64,000 nucleotides of DNA. Source: Paraphysomonas bandaiensis (Eukaryota > Protista > Chrysophyceae). Made by a program: the position numbers and the translations under genes. How positions within the stretch are numbered: position 1 is the stretch's first letter; the number at the start of each line of letters is the position of its first letter. Under the pieces are notes generated by a model, which was not told the origin of the DNA, ran no database searches, and was given only the letters and a program-made list of their open reading frames with translations. Below, piece by piece: positions 1-12,808 of this stretch. The DNA lies in NCBI GenBank assembly GCA_965644295.1, contig CBFFRP010000288.1:62001-126000 (forward strand), written 5' to 3'.

Positions 1-944
1 CTCCCGGTAAGAAAATATACCTGAATCCTGATGCCTCGCGCTGTTTCTTTGGCTGCGTAAATTAAATTGGTATCACCAGACGACCAATATACATACTAAC
101 GTACCGTTCCATTGGCATTAAAAGCACCACTATAGACTAATCTCGACCGGCATATTCCACATACATGTCTGCGAATTTTACACCGTAACTTTTTATATAG
201 TATACACTGTGGAGTCGTTACTACCTAGTAGGGTCCACTCCTTTCTTGCTATGGCGAGAGTATATTTTTCCACATGATTCATTCGTACATTGAAATTTGT
301 GCGGTGTGTGAATTTCATATGAATGACATCGGGTGACAGTAATACCAGGAATTTGTCGTTCAGCACGTCTGGCCCATTTCCAAAAACACTCTCCATGGGC
401 AGGCTTAGCAACTCCATCAATCAGCCATGCAGCAGCATGACACATTTCGTGCGCGAGCGTCTGCCGCAGGCGCTCTTCATTGTCAATGACCTTGTCATAA
501 ATGCAATCACATATTGACATATTTGGCAATAGACGTAAAGCACACCTTCTCCGACAACTCAATGGAAGCTTCACGGGGGCTAGATGATAATGATCTCTTT
601 ACAAATCTTGTATAGCCAGCAGTTTTCGTAAGTCTTTTACTCCACGAAACTGTCATATCAGGTGGTAGTTCGTTTCTAAAAGCTGCCTTATTATACTCTG
701 AGAAATATTTCGCTGTTAACTTATCTCTATTTGCAGAGAACTTTCTGTTACATAGAGGGGTTACTGGGGGTTTACAAGGCACAGTTACAGGCATAGTGTT
801 GCATGATTTATCTTGTGAATGATCATCAGTATCATTATCTCTGGTTGTCGTATGTGATAGTAGCTCATGTATGCTAAAACACTTCGACCAATTGTATTTT
901 ATATCAAGAGATTTCAATTGAGTGAGTGTAGAAGATGTCCTCAT
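1..944 (-). CDS. SprT-like metalloprotease with Zn ribbon (GCNA/ACRC-like), multi-exon, 3' end runs off the window
   Basis: WSKRLTKTAG, IELSEKV, TLAHEMCHAAAW (HExxH), HGECFWKWA and RCHSYEI, then CTNESC...CGIC zinc ribbon across GT-AG introns; the next exon PKKQREASGFS resembles the start of the GCNA HMG-like region. Confidence 0.85.
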
Positions 945-1507
945 TTTATAGTTCAATATGAGAGGGGTAATATGCAGAGATCATCCTCTTAATGTGACTT
1001 ACTGCTCATGTATATGCAGTGAGACTGGTGGGGAGATATCCACAACATATCCATATAATAAAATATGCTTTTTTGTAATAAAACTCTGTAAAAATTGCAA
1101 TCGATAATATATAAACCCCCCTTTTTTATATCATTTTCCTTTCCTAAGATCATACAATACCCCAAAGTACATGCTCGAGATAACGGCTACATTATGCTGG
1201 AGGCCTGTTTGCTCCTATAATCCTTATGCTTCCACTGTTGAATAAAATTATCTTGTCCACTTACTGTGTATATGCCATGGCTGGGTAATCGGAAATCGTG
1301 CCAGAGTGCTCGTATTCTCTAAAATATATATCCCCTGTTGTTTCTGTTGTATGAATGCATGCAGCTATATCACGTACGATAATTCACACACATGATGATG
1401 TCTAAAGGTCAGCTGCTATGATTGATTCTCCAACTGGATCATCTCTTGCTTGCAACTGAACCATGAAGGCATATTGATTAGAAGTAACCACTATGCATGC
1501 CTCTGCT

Positions 1508-1595
1508 CCCTCAACAAAGTCAGACTCGCACCTTTTCGTGGTGTTCTGGGGGAAAAGTACCGGAGAGACTCTCTCTGGGAAATTAACGTGAGCCG
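1508..1595 (+). ncRNA. HDV-like (Pr77-type) ribozyme, probably inactive (catalytic C replaced by T at 1583)
   Basis: P1 CCCTCAAC/GTT(CT)GGGGG, P2 CTCGC/GTGAG, P3 ACC/GGT, L3 TTTTCGT, P1.1 TT/AA, P4 CCGGAGAG/CTCTCTGG, J4/2 TTAA. Confidence 0.65.
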
Positions 1596-2016
1596 CAAAC
1601 ATAGTCAGCAGATATTCTTCAGCCCACTCATAGCCGAATGCTTGTGTGGTACAAGGGACACCAATAAGTGTCACTTGTGTAGACGTCTTTGGGCCCTGAC
1701 AAATAAACAGGCATCCGGAAATGGGCCCACCTCAAGGGCATCCGGGACAGGGCCCACCTGAAGGGTAACCGGGGTATTGGGCTGCCTGCTGAAGTCAAGC
1801 ATCCAGGATGTTTACCTTGAGAACTCAGAGCGGAAGTGGTCGCACCTTGGTGCTTGCGGTGACGCACAAGCAGCTTCCGTAGCGTTAAATAGTAGGATAA
1901 AAAAAGTGTGTACTGATTAGTTACAGGTAGAGGTCTAACTAGTTTTCCTAGCATTCATCTAGCAACTAAGTTGGTGCAGGTTTTTAACGCCTATTGCTAA
2001 TAATAAGACTTTCAAT
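1508..2016 (+). mobile_element. Short non-autonomous retroposon (SIDER/RIME-like), copy 1, full length
   Basis: Homologous to 11394-11862, 30986-31605 and 34964-35452. Starts CCCTCAAC, ends ...CTATTGCTAATAATAAGACTTTCAAT, and is flanked by the direct repeat ATGCCTCTG (1497-1505 and 2017-2025). No credible ORF. Confidence 0.85.
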
Positions 2017-2344
2017 ATGCCTCTGTACTCCCTTCGTGTGATCATCATTTGTAGACTTCACGTCGTTTTACTGCTTCAAAAGGTTGAGCATGTTTTGTTT
2101 TCTAACCGCGATTGTATTATGGGCTATGTTTATGCACACTGTACCTCAATAGTTATGAACCGAGTATTTCATAGTTGTCTACTTCTAGTGGTGCCACTTG
2201 AACACTTTGGTGGCAAATACTACTGCTTAGAAGTAGTGTCGGGTAACCACACGATATTTAGTTAATATAGAGATAAAGTAACGTTAAATAAGAAATTTAA
2301 TTCAATTGACATTCTATAATATTGACAGTATAGTCTGCAATAGC

Positions 2345-5140
2345 TCAACCAGTTTTGGACAATATATACGATTCATAATAACTACGTCGAGGCCACTTAT
2401 CACTGTCATCTACAGTATATTTACAAGGGATTATAGAAATATAAGGAATAGATTCCACGGATTCATATATTGGATGCGTACTGTGGTCAGACCTTTCGTA
2501 ATCATGCATATGTTCGTCGAAAGTACCAGAAAAGTGTGATATACTGAACGCTTTGTCATGTACGTCTTTTCTACTATTCGAGATGATTGCTGCACTGGCG
2601 ACAGGCTCTCGACAACGCCTTCGCTCAGGGACGTATTCACTTCCCACACACCCTGCAGTAGTAGACACAGGCCTGTATTCGCCTCTGTGAATAGGTTTAA
2701 CGTGATTGACTTCATTAGTCTCGCCGATCTTAACATGGTTAACATCGCTAGTCTCGCTGCTGATAGCAAGCTCCGATATGTTCATACGGTTACTGAGTTC
2801 AATTGGACCGTGTTGTTCAATCAGGTACTCAGCTAGCATATCACCAATGCTATCATGCTCATCTCGTATCTCCTCTACTGATGACTGATTCTCCACGGGG
2901 CTGCAGCCTCTGCTGCCAAAAACAGAAGCAAACCTTCCAGACATTTCAAGTGCACTCATTACATCTTCCTGTGCGTTCTCATTCACAGTGGAAGAATGGC
3001 GATCATTTGAATGAAATCGAAGAGGAGCTGGTGTCTCGTGCTTTAGACGACTAGTACTTCCTATAGTGTGGTATTTCTCAGACGAGAAACTATGCGTACC
3101 TACAGTGAGAAAGCCGTGTTCTGCAGCTACATCATTACACTCGTCATCAAGTGTAGGACTTGGTACTCCGCTACTCATTGCTAATCGTAAAAGTTCTGAT
3201 GAGACCTCTATGTCGTACACTCCGTTCTTTATCTCGTTTTCTTCATGTTGAACAGTACCAGGGTCTTGCTCAGCGCTATTGAGCGATAACATAGAATTAG
3301 AAGGTAACTCCTTTTGAAAACGAGATGTCCATACTGCCCATGCTCTTCGAAGAAGGTTTTTGTCGGCGATGGTTATCATATTACTGAGCAGCTTCCTTAC
3401 AATGCCTTTAGGTGTACTCTCATGAAAAGACTTCCATTCACCAAAGAACATGATCAGGCATTGACGGGCATCAGTCCGTGAAATATATTCGTTTTTAATA
3501 CTTAGAAGTTTCTCTTTGTACAAAATATACCGCCGAATTCGCCTTTTTCGCCTAGAGTATAGGTACCAAGTTGACAATGCATTGCTTAGACGGCGATGCT
3601 GAGATAGAAGAGTGGAGTGGATGGTGTTATGCCTGTTGGACCTCCTCAAGCGCATCCAAGAAGTCATAATAGTAAATGCACGCCGCCCAATAAAATGAAA
3701 AGATATTCTATATGGCTCCGTGATACTTTTAATTCGGATATACCATAGACGAAGGGCAACTCTCCCCCATTTATGAATCCTATAGCTCTTGGCAATCTTT
3801 AATAAATTGCGCTGAATCCTACGATTATTCTGTCGGAACTGACAACAACCGAAACGCCACTTTTTCCACCACATACGCAAACGATAGTTCATTAAAAAAT
3901 ACTTAAGCTCTCTCCTATTCTTTCTATACATAGATCCAGCTTTCAATTTCCTCCACCATAAATCCAAAGAAAATCCACGACCAAGCCGAAATCTGATTCT
4001 TGAGGTAATTCTGGAGGCAACACGATATCCCCACCTTTTAAGATATCGAGAAAAGTTTACAGTTCTTATCGCTCTTGTAATCATTTCAGGCGATGGGCTA
4101 GATATATATTCAAGAAAAACTTCGTATATATGTCGATGATATCGACCGCCCAGGAATGCATAACTCGGTAGATGCCAATGCATTCCTTTCCCACCTAGAC
4201 CGTGTGCATTCAACACACTTGAACAATCGGAAATAGAGTCTTTAGACACCTTACTATTAGCGCATCCACAACTTAAAATAAGCTGGTGTATATGAGCTTT
4301 AATTGTTGTTCTTCTGGTACTCCCCTGTGAAGAAAACAGAAAAAAGCGATCGAATGCGATATGAAGCACTCGAAGCCGGTGGAAATGGAGAGAGAGTTCA
4401 AACATTGAACGGTGCTGGATTGCTTGCTTCCCATGGTTGCAAAGAATAGCGAGTGCATTAGATTTTTCGTATTCCGCATAAACCGCCTCAATCCGTGGCA
4501 CTTGAGTAGCAGCACTACAAGACACTTTTGGTGTAATAGAGATGACGGAGCGGTGCAAGGTTGTGTGCTTTATGTTGTGTAAACATGCTCTGTCCCAGTT
4601 CTCTCTGCACCTAATTGAAAAAATGCGATTGGTGCGCATTCTTGTCATCCCTCTTTTCCTAGCATTTATACTTTGCAAAGACAACACTATATATTCCTTA
4701 GAGCAATAGAGGATATATTTTACGGTACATACCTTTTGGCCATTTGCACCTTCGTTTCCACCGAAGGAATGATTGTCTGACATTGAGTCTTTTAAACAAC
4801 TTTATTGTCTGATAAACATTTCATAATAATATCATTAAATACTCGTTGTAATATATACCTTTCTTGCTGCAGTGATATGTTTCCACATATAGAAAGCTTT
4901 ACGCTTCGCTATCATGTTATCATGAGCTGTCTGCCATATCTTCATGCATTTTTTAGAAACTGATACTAGAGATACTGGAGATTGTGAATGATTAGCAGGA
5001 TGTGTCTGGTGACTTGTTTTTAGTTGTAGTTTAGCCTTTAGTTTGGATAGGGATTTAGTGTAAGTAGCCCATCGCTTAAAACATTCAGCATGGAGAGAGA
5101 AATGTCTCCATGAATCATATTGTAGAAGGACATCTTCCAT
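2345..5140 (-). CDS. Hypothetical protein with Sfi1-like Trp repeats (putative centrin-binding), multi-exon
   Basis: Long ORF 2345-4783 plus an upstream exon (4835-5152); recurring (F/L)xxW(K/R/Y) motifs: CFKRWAT, AFYMWKH, ALRLWY, ALSTWYL, FFGEWKS, LRRAWAVW. Confidence 0.5.
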
Positions 5141-5558
5141 GGAGAAGATCAATAGGAAGATTACTTGATTATATCATTGTAATTATCTGATCTGTTGTTT
5201 AAGGTTGCTATAAGGACTTTCTATAGTATGATTCAAATAGACTGGAGTTTATCTCCAACAGCTAGAAAACAGGGATATATATGTTGGAATAGTGAAGGTA
5301 GTGTAAAAACAGTATTTTATGAGGAATGGGAGAATTAAAATTGGAAAAAATAATATTTAGGACTTGAAAAATAGGACTTTATATGTGGAAATTGTGTGTG
5401 ATTTGGTGAATGATTCAAAAATCTTAGAAATCTGGAGATCTCTCTATGTATATACATGTACAGCACATGGCCTTAATGTATGTATGATATGGAGAACTGC
5501 TGTATATATAGACTAGAATCCATTCATTCCATCAATTCATTAAATACATAACAAAATA

Positions 5559-8500
5559 ATGGAACAAGAGAATAATGAGGATGGACTGGAAGATCCTATG
5601 CTTCCTAAATCACATATCACTGACTCCAATACAGCAGCAGATGACTGTGAGCCAGCCTCATTATTTCAATTGCTTCAAATCAAAGAATTTTTAGATATAA
5701 TTTTAATGATATGTGGGGCAATTGCTGCTATAGTTACAGGTGCATCATTACCAGCGTTTAATGTTCTATTTGGTAGTTTGATTAATGAAATTAATGATAC
5801 GAGCTCTGGATTTGGAAGTGATATAAATCTGCTCATTCATGCATTGATTGCCCTTGCTGTGGTTAACTTGATATCTGGTGCTTTACAGGTATGATATTAT
5901 GATAACCTTTGTATAGTACATGTGTTATGCTCAATATGCTGACACGCAGGTGTACTGCTGGTCGTATAATGGCGAGCGTCAGACTAGACGACTACGTGAG
6001 TGGTATATCCGGAGCATTCTACGACAAGAGATTGGGTGGTTTGACACTTGTGGGGCGGGGGAACTCTCCACAAGGGTTGCAGACTTGTGTGGACAAGTAT
6101 GAGTTAAACGACATGCATCTGATATATTTGAAGGCTGTTTTAGGTACAGGACGGAATTGGGAGAAAATTGGGCGACATGCAGCAGTACTTTGTACAGGTA
6201 TAGATATATTGACTACGCTATGCTCTGTCAGCTATCTCTATGTCGTATGTCTTGGAAGTTGCTACGATAGCTGTATGATAGTAGACTGTGATCGTTTTGC
6301 CTGTATATGATTGGAGTGTTCGTCAAGGTGGTCGCCTCATTTGCTGCATCATTTTATCTTAGCTGGGAATTGACGGTACACAACCTTTTTTCTTTCGTTT
6401 TTATTGTAGCTAATTGACGTTGTTAAAGATTGTATTGATTGGTACTGTGCCATTTATTGGCCTAGCGGGTTGGTTCATGATAGGTATGTTGTGCTTTAGT
6501 TTCTTGTGTTTGAATTATGCTGTAGTGGATATATTTCTTGCGTTGGGTTGTGAATATGTGTAATTTCTACTGGATTTAGTTGCAGCAACGGCTGCTCAGA
6601 ATGCCTCATCAGACCAGTACGCTGCAGCAGGAGGTGTTGCCACTGAGGTAAAAGAGCGATTTAGTTGCTTTGGAAATAGTCATGATTGGCGTAAATCGCG
6701 TAGGCACTGGGCGCTGCTCGCACAGTTACTGCTCTCAACGCCCAACCTTATTTCATTCAAAAGTACGTTCATTGTACCGTTCAATTTATTTACGTTAACG
6801 ATCACTGATAGATACCGACAGCATTTGATTGACGCGATGAATGTAAGGAACTAATCTCTGTGCAATTTTCTGAATGTATTGGTTACAAGATTGGATAGGT
6901 TGGAATTGAGAAAGGTCGCAAAGTGGGTTTAGGAAACGGTCTTCTATTCGGTGTGTGTTTTCTCACTTATTCTCTCGGTTTCTGGTAGGTTTTTATGTTA
7001 TGAGCGTGCTTCAATGTATTTATGTGTCGTGTGATGTGTATACTCTTCTAGTTTTTGCTTGGTCTTTAAGTTTCACTTGACAGGTATGGTGCTCGTTTAG
7101 TGGCACGTGATATCGACCACGAGTGCAGTAGCCGTTGCGCAACTGGGGGCAAAATAATTTCTGTTTTCTTTTGTGTCATCGTCGGTGCAGTGGGTGTTGG
7201 ACAGGTAAATATGGCCCAGCGTTGAATTATGGAAACTTTCGTGATGTATTATTTTGAGTCGCTGTAATTGCGTGTATACTAATGCTTTCTTTAGTTGGCT
7301 CCTCCTGTAAATGCTTTTTTTACCGCCAAAGCTGCAGCAGGGAAAATGCTTAGCGTATGCAAACGTAAGCCTCTCATTGATGGATTATCTATTGAGGGAT
7401 ATACGCCTGAAAGTGATGTCCAAGGGAACATCGAATTAAAGGGTGTTCGATTTGCCTATCCCAGCCGTCCAGATGCCATTGTGTGTGATAACTACAATCT
7501 TTGTGTTGATTCTGGCGAGGTCGTGGCTTTGTGTGGCATGAGTGGATGTGGAAAAAGTACTATTATGAATTTGCTACTCCGTTTCTATGATCCTCAGGAG
7601 GGACAGTTACTTCTTGATGGTATAGATACGAAGTTACTAAATATACGTTGGCTCCGGTCCAAAATTGGCTACGTGGGACAGGAGCCCGTTCTGTTTAGTG
7701 GAACTATAGCAGAGAATATTGCGTATGGTATTGACAGAGATATTAACACAACTATAAGTGAAGATGAGATACGACAACGGGTAATTGAGGCCTCAAAGTT
7801 ATCTTATGCCCATGACTTTATTAGTCAATTCCCAGACGGGTATGAAACAAGGGTAGGCACCAGCGGAGTAGCCTTATCTGGAGGACAAAAGCAACGAATA
7901 GGTATGTCAGATAGAGAAGATTGTATTGAGGGCATGAAAATATAGTAGCTTTTGTATGCTTCTTTATCTGGGATTACTGCGAGTTCATACAATTAGTTAA
8001 ACTTGGATATATGTCTCTGTGTTGTATTGACTCTGCTAATTACTATACAGCTATTGCAAGGGCGCTTGTAAAACGTCCGGCTATTCTTCTCCTGGATGAA
8101 GCTACTAGTGCGTTGGACGCAGCTAGTGAGCAGATGGTGCAGCAGAGTATTGACTCTCTGCAACAATCTCGGGCACAAACTACGCTAATTATCGCCCACA
8201 GACTCAGCACCATACGCAATGCCGACCGAATAGCACTCATATCGGATGGTCAAGTTGCGGAGCTTGGCAGCCACGATGAGTTGATAACAAGAAATGGGAA
8301 ATATGCTGATCTCGTTCGTTTACAAATGACTACTACTGGGAGCGACCCTCGACAGGAAAACGACAGTGAGAAGAATATTGAGTCAAGATTACCTACTGCT
8401 AGCTCTACGCCCGCCGCTCCTACTTTAGTGGAAACTATTGGCAGCGGCCTGAGAAATGCATCAAGGAGCATGAGTTTTACAGAGAGTGATATACATGGAT

Positions 8501-10939
8501 TATTGCGTCCTGATAAAGAAGATCCTGACGGGATATCCAAAGAAGAGAAATCTCAGTTAAATAAGCGTGTATGGAAGATGATTCTACAGCACCCTATGTG
8601 GTTATTTATAGGCTTACTTGGGGCTGCATGCTTTGGCGCAGTATTTCCACTGTGGGGTATGATTTTAGCGAAGGCAGAGAATATGTTCTTCTATGAAGAT
8701 ACGGATAAGATGCGCCGAAAAGCTACAGTACAAGCCATTTATTTTGCTGCACTGGGTGCCGTGTCGTTAGTATCATGCACCTTACAATATTGGGGTGTTG
8801 CCCAGGTTGGTGAAAGGATATCTGCCCAGTTGAGATCCGACCTATTTGAAGCCTACATGCGGAGAGGAATTGCTTTCTTTGACCGAGAGGAGAACTCTGC
8901 TGGTGATCTCTGTTCCCGTCTGGCGGATGATTCCCGCACTGTGCATAAGGCTGGTGGCGAAGCACTTGCAAAACAACTGCAGGCAGCTTTCACACTGGCA
9001 GTAGGGTGTGTAATTGGATTCACTGCATCATGGAGAATAGCCCTTGTAGTCATTGCATGTTTTCCTGCGAACATAATTGCCTCAGCAGTTCAGATGCAGG
9101 CTATTGCCGGGCAGCAGTACGTACTATTTCATTCAACAGAGGTATATGCAGTTGTAATCAGTGTATATGTGCAGATACGACACAGAGGAAGATGACGATG
9201 GTCAGTTCTCAGTACTCGCATCAGCGTTTACCAATATGAGAACCGTTAGCGCGTTTTCGATGCAGTACAGGGTATGTATGCTCATAATTCAGATAAATGC
9301 ATTACTAATATTATTGTTGAGAGCAGATCAGTGAAAAGTATTGTGAACTTACAAAAGGAGTTAGTACAGCTCGGCTGCGGAGGGCACTCCTAGCTGGCAT
9401 TGGATTTGGGGCAAGCAATATGTCATTATTTTTAACCTATACCCTGCTGTTCTGGTAAGTTTATCGTATGTAAACTTCTGTTTTCATATTTTCAAGGTAT
9501 GGGCAAAGATTAATGAACAGAGACCTGGTGACGTTTCAGAACATGATGATTTCTATATTTTCTCTTATGCTTGGTGCGTTGGGTTTGGGACAAGCTCTGA
9601 TTGATATTGGTGACCAAAATGAGGGACTACGAGCTGCGAGGCGAATATTTAAAGCTTTGGATGATGCTAAAGCAGATCCCCTGGACGGTATGTCTAGAGA
9701 AGGAGCATCTCCAATCGAGTCCTGCCAAGGTGCAATTGAACTTCAAGGGGTATCATTTGCATACCCTACTCGACAGGGAATTGATGTCTGCAAGAATATT
9801 AATCTCTCGATTGCGGCGGGAGAAGTAGTAGCTGTTGTGGGGCCATCTGGGAGTGTATGTTGTACTTTGATCGCTGTATTAAATTAAGGTCCTTGTATTT
9901 TAGGGAAAATCTACCATCATGAGTTTGCTGTTGAGGTTCTATGACCCTGTGTCAGGAAACGTAAGAATCTTGTATACATTTTGCCGTTTTCTTCTATACT
10001 GATATGTCTTATAGGTTCTTATTGATGGTCATCGGATATCGGAACTAAATGTGAGGTGGCTGCGAGCACAAATAGGCTATGTAGGACAAGAGCCGGTCTT
10101 GTTTAATGGAACCATATTCGAAAACATCAAGGTGAACCATTACATATAATACTATGTACTCTTTTGGATGAGACTCCGCTTGTATGCAAGATTTGGTGCA
10201 CGTCACCTTCACATTATCTCCAACCCTGTGGTGATCATATCGTTTACAGCTAGGGTATCATGGTATGGATAAAATGACATGCCCATCTTTGGAGGAAGTG
10301 ATTTCCACTGTATCAAGAGAAAAAAGCTTGTCTACTCGTAAAATTGATAACGTGGTGGACTCTGTCACTTATCATCCTCCTGATATGTATAAAACTCCGA
10401 ATGGTGATATAGAATCCACCGACTCTTTAGAGAACATTGCCGTTGAGCATGGAGTGAGTGTGGATATTATTAGGGCCTGTATGACCAGCAATGCCCATAG
10501 CTTTATATCGAATTTTCCTGAGAGGTACGACACTAACGTAGGAGAGGGCAGCATTATGGTGTCAGGTGGTCAGAAGCAACGTATAGGTAATATCTTGCGT
10601 TATGTGAGCTATTTTTTCTTTTTACTTCTATATTATATGTATACAGCTATTGCAAGGGCGCTTGTAAAACGCCCGGCTATTCTTCTCCTGGATGAAGCTA
10701 CTAGTGCGTTGGATGCAGCTAGTGAGCAGATGGTGCAGCAGAGTATTGACTCTCTGCAACAATCTCGGGCACAAACTACGCTAATTATCGCTCATAGACT
10801 CAGCACCATACGTAATGCCGACCGAATTGTTGTCATGGATAAAGGCGTTGTCGTAGAAGAGGGCACGCACGATTCACTATTGGAAAATAGGGGCTTATAT
10901 TCCGTTCTTTGGAATAAACAGCAGGGTCACACTGATTGA
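5559..10939 (+). CDS. ABCB1: ABCB1/MDR-type full-length ABC transporter (P-glycoprotein), multi-exon
   Basis: TMD-NBD-TMD-NBD layout; Walker [10 protein letters not shown] and GPSGS/GKST, Q-loop VGQEPVLF, signatures LSGGQKQRI and VSGGQKQRI, Walker [28 protein letters not shown]. Confidence 0.97.
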
Positions 10940-11393
10940 TCTAACTAGTTCATGCTTTTTGTGTATATTTCGAAAAATTGAAGTATACGAAGTCGCATTC
11001 CTAGTTTTGTATTGGGATTTTGTATTGTACTACAATATTGTACTGATACACTGCACCTGAACACCCAGGAGTTCAAAGAACTACCATGTTTTATTCATAA
11101 CAATAATCGTATGTATCACCACTGTGTAAAAAGTTATTGTACTTGTCTGTCAACTTCACCAGATCAACCAAATTTCAACTGTTTCAATGATATGTCTAAA
11201 ATTCCAAACCTGATATTGTATCAATGTCGAAATTTGTCCAATATTTCGGCAAATGTTTCTTTAACGATATTCCACCCTGAGATTTACCTTAGTATATTTA
11301 TATCTAACCATGACAAGTGGCAACCCCTTGGCCTAATTCTGAAACCAATAATTCGGAATGGGATCAGAAAGGTATAAAGTGAGTACTGAATGT

Positions 11394-11862
11394 CTGATTA
11401 CTGATTATTAGCAATAGGCGTGTAAGAGTCAAAAGTAATGTAGCAAAACCATTTAACTAACTAGTCCTTAACTCTGATATTCTACTATTCGATTAGGGTT
11501 AGAATTAGGGTTAGCGCTACGAAAGCTGCTTGTGTGTCGCCGCAGGCACCAAGAAGGAAGAAGGTGCAACCACTCAAAGCAAACGCAGTGAGCAACCTGA
11601 CATCTGCTAACTTCAGGATTTTCGAGTTCTTAAGGTGAACAACCCGGATGGCCTTTGAGGTGGGCCCGTTCCCGGATGCCTGTGCATTTGTCATCGCCCA
11701 AAGACGTCTACACAAGTGTCCCCTGTATCACTCTGAGTGTGGGCAGAACAATATCTGCTGATTATATTATATGCAGCTCACGTTATTTTCCCAGAGAAAT
11801 ATCTCCGGTACTCCTTTCCCCCAGAACATCACAAATATGTGCGAGTTCGAATTTGTTGAGGG
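11394..11862 (-). mobile_element. Short non-autonomous retroposon, copy 2 (degenerate ribozyme, internal deletions)
   Basis: Reverse strand starts CCCTCAACAAATTCGAACTCGCAC; shares GTAGACGTCTTTGGG, GGCATCCGGGAACGGGCCCACCTCAA and the 3' CGCCTATTGCTAATAAT with copy 1; tail (TAATCAG)2. Confidence 0.85.
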
Positions 11863-12808
11863 CATTTATGGACATTTCGAGTACAGCTAACTTGAATACT
11901 TTTGTATGTTATGACTTGTAGGGGACTAGGTGCAATTCGGTATCAGATGTGACATACACTCTTCACTGAAATGCTTCAAGTATTGTTTCATAGGCCTGGC
12001 TATAAATATAGATCACTTGCACTGTCATCATTCTGATCTTCGAGCTACACAACACGAAGGATGGAATATAACTTGATGTGTTCGAGGATCTGATTTTGAG
12101 AGTGTTGGAAATTGCTCATTTTAAGCTAGAGATCACAGAGAGAATTTGTCATAAGACTAGATAGATTAATTAAGAACGTTTACACGAAGTTGTGATAAAC
12201 AACACTAACTCATTTTAATCCACGCATAATATCCTAGATATGCGAACCTCTCGTTACTGAACATATCTTGAAAGATCAAACTATTGCAGTTTCTCAATAT
12301 TATCATCACAGCATTTGTACATCACTATATTTCACTGTATTCTTGTACACTGTCTTCAAGTGACATACTGAAGATCCATATTCTAATTGAGAGTTGTGCC
12401 ATAATTGTAGTATCCCTATAATATATAATAGTGTAATTTACTTATATCGCATACAATCGTCTGTCAATACTGTAATTGAAATAGAAGATAGTTTCTGTTC
12501 GAACTTAGATGTCTATTTCGCACAAATATGTGCTTTCTGTTGAACCCATTTCAGGCCAAAAAAACACATTTTAGACAAAGTGGGAATAATTATATAGTTA
12601 AATCGAAGTTGCGTAGTTGCGTTTAGCACTAAAAACTAATCAACTATCAATTCATACGACTTCTGCAACGTTGGTAATTACCTTCATCCGGTGCACTATA
12701 GCAGACAGTAAGTATCATTATCGCTTTCAAACCAACCAATAGAACTTCACTATAGATGAATACTTGAGACTGACCATTACAAGTACGTATTGAAATATAC
12801 GTCAATAC

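Noticed and set aside
1778-1812. LPAEVKHPGC in the retroposon as a relic of the 2A peptide found in L1Tc/ingi
   Set aside because: Does not fit D(V/I)ExNPGP: spacing is off by one and N and the final P are missing; no conserved ORF context.
1402-1954. Short ORFs over the repeat copies (also 11485-11921, 31102-31629, 35142-35372)
   Set aside because: Frames and lengths are not conserved between copies and no domain motifs are present.
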